Of a stretch of DNA of 64,000 nt, positions 49,823 through 61,900 are shown one piece after another (position 1 is the first letter of the stretch; each line of letters begins with the position of its first letter). The DNA is from an uncultured Desulfatitalea sp. GTDB taxonomy: Bacteria > Desulfobacterota > Desulfobacteria > Desulfobacterales > Desulfosarcinaceae. The notes beneath the pieces were generated by a model that saw nothing but the letters and a program-made list of their open reading frames with translations, was not told where the DNA came from and searched no databases. Where the stretch lies: contig CAXXMB010000001.1 of assembly GCA_963668675.2 (NCBI GenBank), forward strand, positions 128,001 through 192,000. Direction: 5' to 3'. A program made the translations under genes and the position numbers.

Positions 49823-52392
49823 GGCCCAGGTTCGCCATAGAGGGTTGAAAAGTGGGGTGTCGCCGGCACCCGACTCAGGTAGTGGGCGCTGATCTGGTGT
49901 GCGAAGTCCAGTAGCTGGTTTTCCATGGATTCAAGGAAGGTCGCCAGGGATTCACTCTTTGCGTTGCCTTCAGCGCAATCAAGGCCGGTAAGATCCAGCA
50001 GCCGCACGGAAGTCAACATCTCAAGCGCCATGCGCTCTTCCGGTGTGGAGAAGCGTCGATCGCTTTTTCTGGGCAGATGCTCCACATGGGTGGCCAATTG
50101 GCTGCATTGGAAGGCCAGGGATTTGGGATTGCTTTCGTCCACGAGCAGCAGATCCAGTACCGGCGCCAGCTGAAATGTGGTTCTGTAGCGGGCCCGGTAG
50201 GTCATGATGCTGTCCGACACCTCCAGCAGCGCCTCGAGGGAACTTCTGGTTTGGTTGCAAACCCGGGGAAGGCCGAGACGAATCAGGTTGGTCTGGTGGA
50301 TGGCGCGCTCCACACGGCGGCCCATGTCCATAAAACGCCAACCCAACCCGCGTGTCATGCTCTCCATGGCCAATCCGCTAAAGGCGTTCAGGGTAAAAAG
50401 GATCTCGTTCAGAAGCTCAAGTGGTTCGGTGTCCTGCTGTTCGGCAAATTCCTCTATTCGGTTGATGACCCGCCACGAGTCCAGTGAGAGGCGGTCGCGT
50501 ACATTGCGGGCCGCTTCCTGAACACGTTTGAGAATGGCTGCCACGCTATCCGCCATATTTTTATCGTAGAGCACGGTGTGGAGTTGGGCATACAGTTCAC
50601 GATAGCTCGGAATGCTGTGCCCCTCTTTTGGGACTGTTGAGATGTCGGAAGTGGTGTCCTGAGTTACGCCGGAAGGGATGCTGTTGTTCGCCCTGAGCTG
50701 GCTCAGGAGGTAAGGCAGCTCTGGAATATCCGCCAGACTGGCTTCTCCGGCGAGCCGTTTGAAGACCGACCTCAACAACCGGATCAACCCCTCGGCCCGC
50801 TCAAGATAGCGCCCCAGCCACAACAGATGATCGGCCACCCGGCTGGGCAGGTCGCTGCCTCGCCTGAATTCGGCTGCCGTTTGAAGCCCGCCGATCATGC
50901 TGAACGGCTCGACGGGTTGGTCCGAAAGCACCCAGACATCTTTGCTCTGCTGGCGTTCGGGCAGGTCGGCGGTCAAGGTCTCTATATCGTCAGCAGTGAT
51001 CGCCAGTCCGCCGGGCATCACTGAGAATCCCCGGCTCGTGGCACAGGCAAATACCCGTAATATTGCATACCGTGATCGAACACCACCGTAGTCCCAAGAG
51101 GGAACGACGGCCGGCCGAATCGGCATCTGCGCGACATAATTATGGGGGGTTGCTGCGATGGCAGTCGCCAGCTCTTCCGGTTCGATCGATTGTGGTAACC
51201 CATTCGACGATCGGTCCATGGCGGCGGAGATCTTCAGTCGGTCCAGGTGATCCAATACATATTTGCGATCGGTTTCGTTGCCGCACCACCATGTGGGATG
51301 GTTCTCGAGTTTCAGGGCGCTACCCATCAAATGCCGGCACAGTTCAGGCAGAAAGGATGCGAGCGCCGGCGTATCCACAAATCCGCTGCCGATGGGGCTG
51401 ACAATGTCCACCGACTGTTCCCTGCAGGCCTGGATGAGTCCGGCTACCCCCTTGGTTGTCTGCCGCCGCAAAGCAAAGGGGTCGCTCTCTTTATCAGCGA
51501 TGTGCCGGAAGATCGCCTCCACCGTCTCGAGCCCGGCCAGTTTTTTAAGAAAGACCTGACCATTTCTAACCGTCAGATCCTGCCCCTCCACCAATGGATA
51601 GCCCAAATAGCGGGAGAGCAGGGCATGTTCGAAATAGATGCGGCTATCAGGTCCGGGCGATAGTAGTACAATGCCCGGGTCCTCCTGGGTTAAAGAGGCT
51701 CGTTCGGTGAGCCCTTGATGGAAATTCTGGAAAAAAGGTGCCAGGCGCAGGATTTGAGTTTGATGGTAAAGATCTGAAAAAACTCGTGAAATGACGATCC
51801 TGTTTTCCAGGGCATACCCCAGTCCGGCTGGATTGGCTCCATAATCACGGAACACACGAAAACGCCCATCCGGACCCCGGTACAGGTCGACCGCATAAAA
51901 GGTGAGGAACCGGTTTCCGTTTGGACGGATGCCATGGCAGGCGTGCAGGAAATTGGGATTGGCAAAGATGATTTCAGCAGGCAGTCGTCCATCTTTGATC
52001 AGGGTTTGAGGCCCGTAGATATCGGCAAGGATTTGCTCGATGAGCAGTGCGCGCTGGAAAATGCCGGCTTCCACTTCGGCCCATTCGGCTGCTGTAACGG
52101 GCAGCGGGATCATCTCCAGGGCCCAGGGGGTGCCCCGGCCACCGGGATCGTCAAATGGGTTGAAGGTGGCACCGTCTTCGTGTCGCATCCTGCGAACCCG
52201 ATCCTGGCGTTGATCGAGCACCTTGGTGCCGGTGGCGTCCAGGGTAGAAATCAGCGCTCTCCAGTGCGTTTTCGCCATAGAGCCGTCGTCAAACGCCTCG
52301 TTGAATGCATCTCCGGGAAAACCGACAGAATTGAAGAGGGACGGCTTTGTCGCTGGCGCACCGGCCGGGCCGGCAATGGGGGTGTCGTTCAT
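49819..52392 (-). CDS. Circularly permuted type 2 ATP-grasp protein fused to alpha-E domain
   Basis: GLGYALENR, YFEHALL, DLTVR, VMPGGL, SKDVWV, then LPSRVADHLLWLGRYLERAE, GRRVER, NPKSL. Confidence 0.9.
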   Translation of the reverse strand: MNDTPIAGPAGAPATKPSLFNSVGFPGDAFNEAFDDGSMAKTHWRALISTLDATGTKVLDQRQDRVRRMRHEDGATFNPFDDPGGRGTPWALEMIPLPVTAAEWAEVEAGIFQRALLIEQILADIYGPQTLIKDGRLPAEIIFANPNFLHACHGIRPNGNRFLTFYAVDLYRGPDGRFRVFRDYGANPAGLGYALENRIVISRVFSDLYHQTQILRLAPFFQNFHQGLTERASLTQEDPGIVLLSPGPDSRIYFEHALLSRYLGYPLVEGQDLTVRNGQVFLKKLAGLETVEAIFRHIADKESDPFALRRQTTKGVAGLIQACREQSVDIVSPIGSGFVDTPALASFLPELCRHLMGSALKLENHPTWWCGNETDRKYVLDHLDRLKISAAMDRSSNGLPQSIEPEELATAIAATPHNYVAQMPIRPAVVPSWDYGGVRSRYAILRVFACATSRGFSVMPGGLAITADDIETLTADLPERQQSKDVWVLSDQPVEPFSMIGGLQTAAEFRRGSDLPSRVADHLLWLGRYLERAEGLIRLLRSVFKRLAGEASLADIPELPYLLSQLRANNSIPSGVTQDTTSDISTVPKEGHSIPSYRELYAQLHTVLYDKNMADSVAAILKRVQEAARNVRDRLSLDSWRVINRIEEFAEQQDTEPLELLNEILFTLNAFSGLAMESMTRGLGWRFMDMGRRVERAIHQTNLIRLGLPRVCNQTRSSLEALLEVSDSIMTYRARYRTTFQLAPVLDLLLVDESNPKSLAFQCSQLATHVEHLPRKSDRRFSTPEERMALEMLTSVRLLDLTGLDCAEGNAKSESLATFLESMENQLLDFAHQISAHYLSRVPATPHFSTLYGEPGP

Positions 52393-52455
52393 ACCGCTGA
52401 TGCCTCGTCATAGATTAAAACCCGCCACCAGGGGCGTCCCGCCGATTTACTCTGT

Positions 52456-55400
52456 TTACCGCCGCAAATCAAGCGTGTACGGAAACTCAGGATTGGGTTC
52501 TGCCGGTGGGATCTCGACATCCTCGCCCGGTGTGTGGTTTCCGGGAATGAATCGCGCATGGCGCCGACCTTCGGCTTCATAGGAATTGACAGGAAAAACG
52601 TCATGGTGACGTCCGCCGGGGTGTCCCACATGGTAGGAACATCCTCCAATGGCCCGACCGGACCATGTGTCTAACAGATCAATGGTCAAAGGCGTGTGCA
52701 CGCCAATGGTCGGATGCAGGCAAGTCGGCGGCTGCCAAGCCCGGTAACGGATTCCGGCCACGAAGACGCCTTCGGTTGTGGTCGGTTGCAGGGGCACGTG
52801 ACGTCCGTTGCACGTCAGGATATGACGCTCTTCGGTCATGCCGCTCACCTTGACCTGCAACCGTTCGACAGAAGAATCGACATAGCGAACCGTACCGCCA
52901 CCGCCGGGCTCCTCTCCCAACACATGCCATGGCTCCAGCGCTTGCCGCAGCTCGATCTCCATTCCCTGATAGGTGATCCTGCCGTGGATGGGAAAGCGAA
53001 ACTCGAAATGGGGGTGGAAAAAGTCCATCGAAACAGAAAAACCGGCTTGGTTGAGGGCTTTCAGCACGTTAGAAAAATCTTCTCGAAGGGGTTCGGGAAG
53101 CATGAAGCGGTCATGTAGCCGGGTTCCCCAACGTACCAGTTTCCGGCGATAGGGGGTTTGCCAGAACCAGGCCACGAAGATGCGCAAGAGCAGTTGTTGC
53201 GCCAAACTCATGCGGGCGTGCGGCGGCATTTCAAATGCGCGAAACTCCAACAGGCCTAAACGACCGGCGGCACTGTCCGGCGAATAGAGTTTGTCGATGC
53301 AAAACTCGGCTCTGTGCGTATTGCCGGAGACATCGACCAGCAAGTTGCGAAACAGGCGATCGACGAGCCATGGCGGACAGGGGTGGTCGGTTCCCGTCTG
53401 ACGGTCCAGCTCTGCAAAGGCGATCTCCAATTCGTACAGGCTGTCGTGTCGAGCCTCGTCGATGCGCGGTTGCTGGCTCGTGGGGCCAATGAAGAGCCCC
53501 GAGAAGAGATAGGAGAGGGAGGGGTGGTTGTTCCAGAAAGTGACGAAGCTGCGCAGTAGATCCGGTCGGCGCAGAAATGGGCTGTCGGCCGGTGTGGCCC
53601 CGCCGATAACGATGTGATTGCCGCCACCGGTGCCGGTGTGGCGCCCGTCGAGCATGAATTTCTCGGTGGCCAACCTTGTCTGTCGTGCGGTTTCGTATAG
53701 TTCGGTTGTGCAATCGACCAACTCTTTCCAATTGTGCATGGGTTGGACGTTCACCTCGATGACACCCGGGTCCGGTGTAATTTTCAGGATTTTTAGACGC
53801 GGATCGTGGGGAGGTTCATATCCTTCGATCACCACCGGGAGCCGGGTCTCTTCAGCCGTTGCTTCGATGAGCGCCACAAGCTCCAGATAGCCTTCAAGCG
53901 ATACCACCGGGGGCACAAAAACGTAGATTTTGCCGTCGCGGTGCTGAACGCACAGTGCGGTTCGCACCACCCAGGACGCCGACTCTCCAGCCACCGGCAC
54001 CGGGTCGTCGAAAGGTTTGGGCTGGGTGCGTACACCATCGCCAGTGGTTCCAGGGGGTTCTCCCCTCAGTGCGCGTTGTCCTGTATGCAGGTCGGGCAGG
54101 GGGCCCCGGTCGGCCATGGGATCCAGGGGATAGTCAAAGGGAAAATCCTCTTTAGACACCCAGGGCAGCGACTCGAGAGGAAGGCGCAGGCCGGCCGGTG
54201 AATCGCCCGGCAGGAAAAACATATGGTCCCCGCGTAATGGCCAGGGGCCGGACTTCCACGATCCATACTGCAACGGCAGGACATAGCCCACAACGGCTCC
54301 CAGTCCGCGCTCAAACGTGTGCACCATACGCTTGCGGGCCTCGGGGTTTTCGAGCTTGGGGTCGTTGGGCGTTACGTTGACCGGTAGACGCTGCTCCTTA
54401 TGAAGGTAGTACAAAACATCTTCATATCCTTCACGGATAAAACGCCGTGCGACGCCCAATCGGTCTGCCAGGGTTTCGATAAACCGTTTGGCATCGGAAG
54501 CACCGAACCCGTAGTCTTTGGCGGTGTCGGCTATCCATTGGTCGTCTTTCCAGACCGGCAGTCCGTCCCTTCTCCAGTAGCAGCCAAGCGCCCAGCGGGG
54601 CAGTGATTCGCCAGGATACCATTTGCCTTGGCCGTAATGGAGCAGGCCGCCCGGCGCCCACTGCCTGCGCAGGCGTTTGATCAGGGTTTCGGAGAGTTCC
54701 CGCTTCTCCTTTCCGAGGGCGGTCGTGTTCCATTGGTCGCCATCCATGTCGTCAATGGAGATGAAGGTCGGTTCACCGCCCATGGTGAGGCGAACATCCA
54801 GTTGCTGCAACTTGAGGTCGACCTTTTCGCCCAGAGCATCTATGTCCCCCCAAACCTCTTCCGGGTAGGGCCGCGTAGAGCGGGGCTCTTCGCGGACACG
54901 CCGCACACTCATGTGGTGGCTGAATTCGACCTCGCATTCGTCCAGCGCGCCGGAGATGGGGGCGGCGCTTTGGGGCTCGGGTGAACAGGCCAGGGGGATA
55001 TGTCCCTCACCGGCAAACAGCCCGGAGGTGGGATCCATGCCAACCCAACCGGCACCTGGAAGATAGACTTCGGCCCAGGCATGCAGATCGGTGAAATCGC
55101 TCTCCGGCCCGGAAGGACCATCCAGCGATTTTACATCCGGCGCAAGCTGGATCAAGTATCCGGAGACAAAGCGGGCCGCCAGCCCGAGATGGCGCAGAAT
55201 GTTCACCAGAAGCCAGGAGGAGTCTCTGCACGAGCCACTGCCCAGGGTGAGGGTCTGTTCGCAGCTTTGTACATTGGGTTCCATGCGAATCAGGTAGCTG
55301 ACGTCCTGGCTTAGACGCTGGTTCAGATCCACCAGGAAGTCGTTGGTTAGCTTTGGATGGCGATCAATGCCTTTGAGATAGGCCGTCAGTTTCTCCCCCG

Positions 55401-55767
55401 CCGGCTTTTTGACCAGGTAGGGGCTGAGATCGGATTTGAGCGAAGGCTGGTAGTCAAATGGAAACTCGTCGGCTTCCGGTTCTAAGAAGAAATCAAAGGG
55501 GTTGATGATGATCATTTCCGCCACAAGGTCCACTTCCAGATTGAACTCGGTGGTTTTGTCCGGAAACACCAGCCGGCCCAAGTAGTTGCTGAAAGGGTCC
55601 TGTTGCCAATTGATGAAGTGTTTTTTGGGCGTCACCGTCATCGAGTAGCTGAGGATCGGGGTGCGGCTGTGAGGGGCAGGGCGCAGCCTGACGATCTGGG
55701 GTCCCAAATGAATCGGTCGGTCATACCGGTAAGCGGTTTTATGGTTCAGTGCTACATGAATTCCCAC
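52456..55767 (-). CDS. Transglutaminase-DUF2126 (putative amidoligase) fusion
   Basis: GSCRDSSW, DLHAWAEVYLPGAGW, TMGGEPTF, TPDPGVIEVN, GTGGGNH, EFRAFEMPPH. Confidence 0.9.
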   Translation of the reverse strand: MGIHVALNHKTAYRYDRPIHLGPQIVRLRPAPHSRTPILSYSMTVTPKKHFINWQQDPFSNYLGRLVFPDKTTEFNLEVDLVAEMIIINPFDFFLEPEADEFPFDYQPSLKSDLSPYLVKKPAGEKLTAYLKGIDRHPKLTNDFLVDLNQRLSQDVSYLIRMEPNVQSCEQTLTLGSGSCRDSSWLLVNILRHLGLAARFVSGYLIQLAPDVKSLDGPSGPESDFTDLHAWAEVYLPGAGWVGMDPTSGLFAGEGHIPLACSPEPQSAAPISGALDECEVEFSHHMSVRRVREEPRSTRPYPEEVWGDIDALGEKVDLKLQQLDVRLTMGGEPTFISIDDMDGDQWNTTALGKEKRELSETLIKRLRRQWAPGGLLHYGQGKWYPGESLPRWALGCYWRRDGLPVWKDDQWIADTAKDYGFGASDAKRFIETLADRLGVARRFIREGYEDVLYYLHKEQRLPVNVTPNDPKLENPEARKRMVHTFERGLGAVVGYVLPLQYGSWKSGPWPLRGDHMFFLPGDSPAGLRLPLESLPWVSKEDFPFDYPLDPMADRGPLPDLHTGQRALRGEPPGTTGDGVRTQPKPFDDPVPVAGESASWVVRTALCVQHRDGKIYVFVPPVVSLEGYLELVALIEATAEETRLPVVIEGYEPPHDPRLKILKITPDPGVIEVNVQPMHNWKELVDCTTELYETARQTRLATEKFMLDGRHTGTGGGNHIVIGGATPADSPFLRRPDLLRSFVTFWNNHPSLSYLFSGLFIGPTSQQPRIDEARHDSLYELEIAFAELDRQTGTDHPCPPWLVDRLFRNLLVDVSGNTHRAEFCIDKLYSPDSAAGRLGLLEFRAFEMPPHARMSLAQQLLLRIFVAWFWQTPYRRKLVRWGTRLHDRFMLPEPLREDFSNVLKALNQAGFSVSMDFFHPHFEFRFPIHGRITYQGMEIELRQALEPWHVLGEEPGGGGTVRYVDSSVERLQVKVSGMTEERHILTCNGRHVPLQPTTTEGVFVAGIRYRAWQPPTCLHPTIGVHTPLTIDLLDTWSGRAIGGCSYHVGHPGGRHHDVFPVNSYEAEGRRHARFIPGNHTPGEDVEIPPAEPNPEFPYTLDLRR

Positions 55768-55843
55768 ATGTCATCCTTTCTAAAAGCGATGGCCGATAGC
55801 TGTTCTATTTATCCGCCGAGAGATCAAGAACTGTTCTGTCGTT

Positions 55844-56818
55844 CTACTGTTCTGTCGTAGTCTCCTCGATCAGCGGGGCAAGGTTGAAAAAGGTGGTGCC
55901 AATCGCCGTGTCCACCTGGTTAAGCCTGGATTGCATACCATCAAGGTATTCATGCATGCCCGCTTCGATTACCTCATCGATGTCGGTATACTCCAAATCC
56001 GCTTCAAGGCGCCCCAGGCGTTTTTCAGCAAGGTTGTGGGTCGAGCCGTTGGAAGAACCAGCAATGCGGTGCAAACAGATCATCGATTTTGAGATGCAGT
56101 GACGGATGGAGCGCGGGAATTGGCTGTCGAAGATCAAAAAATCGGCTACACTGCGGGGGGTGATGCGGTGATGTTGTTTCCTGAACATTTCGAACGCACT
56201 CGCCGATTTAAGGACTGCCGTCCACTGGATGTTGTCGATGGGAGAGTTCACCAGGTCCGCACTGGGCAACAGCATGAAGTACTTCACGTCCAGAATGCGC
56301 GATGTTTTGTCAGCCCGTTCGATCATCATCCCGATACGGGCGAAATTCCACGCTTCGCCGTGGCTCATGGTGCAGTCCATCAGGCCGGTAAACAGGTGAC
56401 TCCGCATCTGAATAATATTGAAAAAGCGTTGCGGATCCGAGAGGGCGAAGTCAGGGCTGCCGGCATCGGTCAGCTCCAGGTAGAAATTGTTCAAGTGCTG
56501 CCACATCTCCGAGGATATGATCTCCCGGATCGAACGCGCATTTTCCCTGGCCGTTGCCAGGCAGGAGAGGATCGAGTTGGGATACTCCTGGTCGAAGGTC
56601 AGAAAGCGGATCACTGCTTCCTGGTCATAGTCCGAAACGCGCTCCCCGAACAAGTTCTGGTCGCCGGTGGTCATGATGATCGGCTCCCAGTGCTTTTCCT
56701 CCTCCAACGGCATGTCGAGCAGCATATTGAGGTTGACAACCATAAATCGGGCTACATTCTCCGCCCGTTCGATATAGCGGCACATCCAGTAGATCGAATT
56801 GGCCACACGGCTGAGCAT
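55844..56818 (-). CDS. Alpha-E domain protein
   Basis: MLSRVANSIYWMCRYIERAEN, ARENAR, IERADKTSRILDVKY, FPRS; GGAGG RBS. Confidence 0.92.
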   Translation of the reverse strand: MLSRVANSIYWMCRYIERAENVARFMVVNLNMLLDMPLEEEKHWEPIIMTTGDQNLFGERVSDYDQEAVIRFLTFDQEYPNSILSCLATARENARSIREIISSEMWQHLNNFYLELTDAGSPDFALSDPQRFFNIIQMRSHLFTGLMDCTMSHGEAWNFARIGMMIERADKTSRILDVKYFMLLPSADLVNSPIDNIQWTAVLKSASAFEMFRKQHHRITPRSVADFLIFDSQFPRSIRHCISKSMICLHRIAGSSNGSTHNLAEKRLGRLEADLEYTDIDEVIEAGMHEYLDGMQSRLNQVDTAIGTTFFNLAPLIEETTTEQ

Positions 56819-56923
56819 TGCAGTTCCTCCTGTTTGCCTTTCCATGCTTACCATGCCATTTTTTTGGTATGGAAGGCTCTTTCGGGTACGGTCGCTGTTT
56901 CGATCAATACCGTATTGTTCTTT

Positions 56924-58354
56924 TTAAAGCACCCAAGTATCTTTACTCCCCCCGCCTTGCGAAGAGTTGACCACCAAGGACCCCTTCTTGAGCGCGACAC
57001 GTGTCAGACCGCCGGGCTGAACGTAGATCTCCTCACCGAAGAGGATGTACGGGCGAAGATCCACATGGCGTCCTTCGATGCGATCCCCGACAATGGTAGG
57101 GGCCCGGGATAGGGATATGGTCGGCTGGGCCATATAGTTGCGCGGTTCGGCTTTGATCTTTTCGGCAAAAGCCGCTTGCTCTTGCGAGGTGGATTGGGGG
57201 CCGACGAGCATGCCGTAGCCGCCCGATTCATTGGCCGCTTTAACCACCAGTTGGTCCAGGTGTGACAGCACATAGTCCCGGTCTTTCTCTTTTCCGCAAA
57301 TATAGGTGGGGACATTGGGTAAAATAGCCTCCTCTCCGGTGTAGTACCGGATGATTTCCGGGACATATGCGTAGATTACCTTGTCATCAGCGATGCCGGT
57401 GCCGGGTGCGTTGGCCATTGCAATGCGGCCCGCTTTGTACACGCCGATAATCCCCTTCACACCTAAGAGGGAATCGGGACGAAACACTTCCGGGTCGATG
57501 AAATCATCGTCGATGCGCCGATAGAGTACATCCACCCGTTTGAGGCCTTTGGTGGTGAGCATGTGGACAAAACCATCGGATACCACCAGATCCTGACCCT
57601 CCACCAGTTCCACACCCATTTGCTGGGAGAGAAAAGAGTGTTCGAAATAGGCGCTGTTGTATATTCCCGGTGTGAGAACACCGATGGTCGGAGAGTGAAC
57701 ATGCTCGGGGACAAGGTTTTCAAGCGTCTCCAAAAGCTTGGAGGGATAGTCGTCCACAGGCCGCACCTGTGAGGCCGCGAAGACCTGCGGAAAGGTGCGC
57801 TTGAGCACATGACGGTTTTCAAGCACGTATGAGACACCCGACGGGCAACGCAAGTTATCTTCCAGAACGTAAAACCGGCCATCACGGTCCCTTACCAGAT
57901 CGGTGCCGGTGACATGGCACCAGATGCCTTTCGGCGGCGTGAATCCCTCGCACTCTTTTCGGTAGGTGCGGCTGGAGAGAATCAACTCTTCGGGTATCAC
58001 GCCGTCTTTGAGGATTTTCTTATCGTTGTAAACATCCTGGAGGAATTCGTTCAGTGCATAAATGCGTTGCTTCAGTCCGGTTTCGATCTGCTGCCAGTCT
58101 TGGGCAGGGACAATGCGCGGAATGATGTCGAACGGAAAGATTTTTTCACGCCCCTCGTCCCGGCCGTACACATTGAAGGTGATGCCCATTTTCAGCAGCA
58201 GGGCCTCGGCAGCTTTCTGGCGCATGGCCAGATCTCCGGCTGGTAGCCCCTCGATTTTTTCTACCAGAAGAGAAGCTCCCGGGCGGGGATTACCGTCGGA
58301 ATCGATCAACTCATCGTAGAAATCCCCCGGGTCGTAAGAACTGAAAGTTTCCAT
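56924..58354 (-). CDS. Circularly permuted type 2 ATP-grasp protein
   Basis: [59 protein letters not shown]; start could be 58372. Confidence 0.92.
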   Translation of the reverse strand: METFSSYDPGDFYDELIDSDGNPRPGASLLVEKIEGLPAGDLAMRQKAAEALLLKMGITFNVYGRDEGREKIFPFDIIPRIVPAQDWQQIETGLKQRIYALNEFLQDVYNDKKILKDGVIPEELILSSRTYRKECEGFTPPKGIWCHVTGTDLVRDRDGRFYVLEDNLRCPSGVSYVLENRHVLKRTFPQVFAASQVRPVDDYPSKLLETLENLVPEHVHSPTIGVLTPGIYNSAYFEHSFLSQQMGVELVEGQDLVVSDGFVHMLTTKGLKRVDVLYRRIDDDFIDPEVFRPDSLLGVKGIIGVYKAGRIAMANAPGTGIADDKVIYAYVPEIIRYYTGEEAILPNVPTYICGKEKDRDYVLSHLDQLVVKAANESGGYGMLVGPQSTSQEQAAFAEKIKAEPRNYMAQPTISLSRAPTIVGDRIEGRHVDLRPYILFGEEIYVQPGGLTRVALKKGSLVVNSSQGGGSKDTWVL

Positions 58355-58993
58355 TGGATTTGTTTCCTTCATGGATTCAGTTGGTTGAGTTTTGAATGGA
58401 TTTGAATACACTTTATTACCACTCCTTATCAATTAGCAAGTTGCTTGGGGAAAGGAAATGGCCAATCCTTCGCGTTCGTGCGCTGGATGCGGTAACGGTA
58501 GATGACTTCCCTGGCACATCAATATGCGGTTCAGGTTGCCTTAAGGAACCGCATCTGTCAGGTCCTGTTCAGTATTCATGTATCGATGATAACGTCGATG
58601 GCCTGCGACAAGCAATGCTGAAGAACCAGCCAGCTTTTAAAGTCGGTGACCAGAGCTTCTATCTGCGTTTCCATCGGATATTTTGCAGCCAATGCCACCG
58701 GTGTGCCCCTCGATTCGAGGCGCTTGAGGTGAGGTAGGGGCATGGTGCGTCCCCTTGTTGCCGGTGTGTTGGATGTCGATTGTATGTTCTGTCATACCGA
58801 AAGAAGGGACGAACCCTGTCGCCCATTCTTGACAAAAACAAGGGTTACGTGACAAGTAACCAGAGACGACACCCCGCAAAGGCATATTTGAAAACCCCGC
58901 AGGCACCCAACGCCCGGGGAAAACGGCTGTTGGCTTCGAATGGCTCAACATGGAAACTCCCCTCCACTGGGGCAGGCGCAGAGTGAGGTTGTC

Positions 58994-61900
58994 ATGCATA
59001 TGCGAAGGTGCTTATGGGGCCTGCTTTTGTTGCTCTTCATGACGGTTGGACTCCCAACCGGCATCAACGCCCAGGACCACACGATGTGGACCGACCTGGG
59101 GATATTTGGTGGCTCCATTAAGGATCTGGCAGTAGATCCGATAAATCCCGACAGGATATTCGCAGCGACCTACCTGGGAAGGGGCCTCTATTTGAGCGAA
59201 GATGGGGGCACCACCTGGCAAGCCCTGGAGATGCCCGGCACCATAGAGGGTGAAGACACCTTCAACGAACAGTTGGTTTCCTCAGTGGCCGTGGCGCCAT
59301 CCAATCCCGATGTTGTCTGGGTAGCCCACAACTACTGGGTCGCCAAAAGCATCGACGGCGGCCAGACGTGGATCCATTTTACCAACTATGGCGTGCAGCA
59401 GGGATGCACCAACTGCGGCGGGTACTATGATGGGTGGCGCCTATGCTATGCCATCGCCATCGATCCTGCCGATCCCGATACGGTCTATGTGGGAGCCAGT
59501 GGCGCCAACGGATCAGATATTGGCGGGGCGATTTACGTTACGACCGATGGTGGAACGATCTGGAGCAAACTAAACCAGGGCGCCAATCTGGACTACCGCG
59601 TAGATGATTTGGCCGTTAGCCCGGAATCTCCACAAATTGTATGGGCTGTGACCAACTCCAACGGATATGGCGGCGTTTATGATGGAACGGTCTATCGCAG
59701 CGAAAACGGCGGCCAGACTTTTGCCGGCGTGCAGCCTAAACCCACGGTTGGAGGCATCGTCGCCATAGCACCCAAGCCGGACGATCCTGATGTCGTTTTT
59801 GTAACCGGCGGATATGGCATGGTTCAACTGGACTACGATGGCAGCCAGTGGATCGCTTCCTATCCGGTTCTTGAGAGTGCCATGGCCAGCGACGTCGTGT
59901 TCGCGCCGTCCAGCCCTAACACCGTATATGCCTCCTGGAACCGACCCAATGACACCTTTTGGAACGGTGATGGCCTGCCCAAGGTATCGCGAGGTGTTTT
60001 TGACGGCAGTTCGTGGAGCTGGGAAACCTTCCTGTCTGACTCCCAAAACGCGACGGCCTTCAATGCTTTAGCGGTCCACGCCACCGACCCCGGGACTGTT
60101 TTTGGCGGCGATTTCAGTTTAGGTGTCCTCGTCAGTGAGGACAGTGGGGAAAACTGGACGCCTACCAACGAAGGGCTGGATGCGGTGGTCGTGTATGACG
60201 TCGACGTCGATGACGCCAATACGGCCCATATGCTCGCTGCCAGCGGCTCCGGATTGTACGAGCGCGCCGATGCCGGCTCGCCATGGGTCAGGCGGCATAT
60301 CGGCGCTTTCAGATCCGTCGAATTTCACCCTTCATCCAGCACCGCCTACTACGGTGGGGGCAGCGGTATTGTGGCCCGCACCACCGACAACGGCGCCACC
60401 TGGGCTTACAGCGATTCGCTGGGGTACGTTTATGTGCATGACGTCGCAGTAGATGCGCTGGATCCCAGCCGTGTCTACATCACCACGGGGCACTATGGTC
60501 AGCAGGTGATGAGAAGTACAGATGGTGCGGCCACATTCCAGGCTGTGCTCAGCGGCGTCAACCAATCCGGCCAGGCGTATAGCATGAACCGGGTCATCAT
60601 CGATCCTCATGATCGGATGCACCTGTTCGCCGCCGGCGGAAATTTCTATTCGCCGTATGTGCTTGGCGACCTCTGGCAAAGCGGCGATGGCGGCGACACC
60701 TGGCAGCGCACCGGTTTGACCGATACCGTGGTCAACGCAGTCATTGTCGATCCGAGGGATCCCAACGTTCTCTATGCCGGGTGCGGTTTCAGCCAGAACT
60801 ACCTTGATCCGGTTATGAAGAGCACAGATGGCGGGGCGACGTGGGCGTCAGCCTCATCCGGCATGCCGCCCGCCCGCAGAACTTTCTACAGCATTTGGGC
60901 GCCATCCGGTGAAGCGACGCCATTTGCGGTAGGTAGCTGGGGATATATTATTCGTTTCGACGGCAACCGCTGGGAGACGATGGAGGTGCCAACGGAGAGC
61001 ACACTGTACGGCATCTTCGGTCTCTCCGGTAACGATGTCTATGCCGTTGGTGCCAATGGCGCCATCGTTCATTACGACGGTGCGGCATGGCAGCTCATGA
61101 CCAGCAATACAAGCGCCACACTCTATAAGGTATGGGCCGCCGATGCCAGTAATGTCTATGCCGTGGGACAAGGGGGGATCATTCTGCATTTCGACGGCAC
61201 ACAGTGGTCGCAGATGATCAGCCCTGTTACTGAAGATCTCTATGAGGTGCGTGGAAACGCTGCAAACGATATTTTCGCCTCCGGGGTGGGCGGGATGATT
61301 CTGCACTACGACGGCAGCAATTGGCAAAGCATGAGCTCCGGAACGAGTGTCACCATCGGTGCTCTGTGGCCCTTGTCCGCCGCTGATGTCTTCGCCGTTG
61401 GCGATGATGGGGTCATCTTAAGATACGACGGGACCGGCTGGTCTTCCATGCAGAGCAATATTACAGGGGATTTGTGGGGGGCTTGGGGCAGTGCAGCGGA
61501 CAATGTTTACGCGGCCGGCCCCGGCGGACACCTGCTGCATTTCAATGGTACCGCCTGGGAACTGATCGATCTCGAACCGTCCCGCTACTACATGGAGTTG
61601 TGGGGGGCCGAAACGGGAGAGATCTATATGGCGGATGGCAACAGTATCATATGGCGCTATGACGGCGAGGAGATCACGGCCTCAAGGGAACGGGGCACCT
61701 ATTTTCGCTCGACTACCGATCTGGCCTTTCATCGTGTCAATCCGGATATCGTCTATGCATCCACATACCAGGCTGGCGTCCACATCACCCCAAACCAGGG
61801 TGGCGACTGGCTCAACCTGGGGGCCCCGATCAACAGCGTCTATGCCATAGCGTCCGGTAGCCTATATGCCGCCACCGCCAGCGGGATGTATCAACTCACC

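Noticed and set aside
58400..58993. ECF motif TGCAAG-N16-CGTC upstream of the large secreted protein, which would tie it to the CHAT system
   Set aside because: Manual scan found no match with correct spacing
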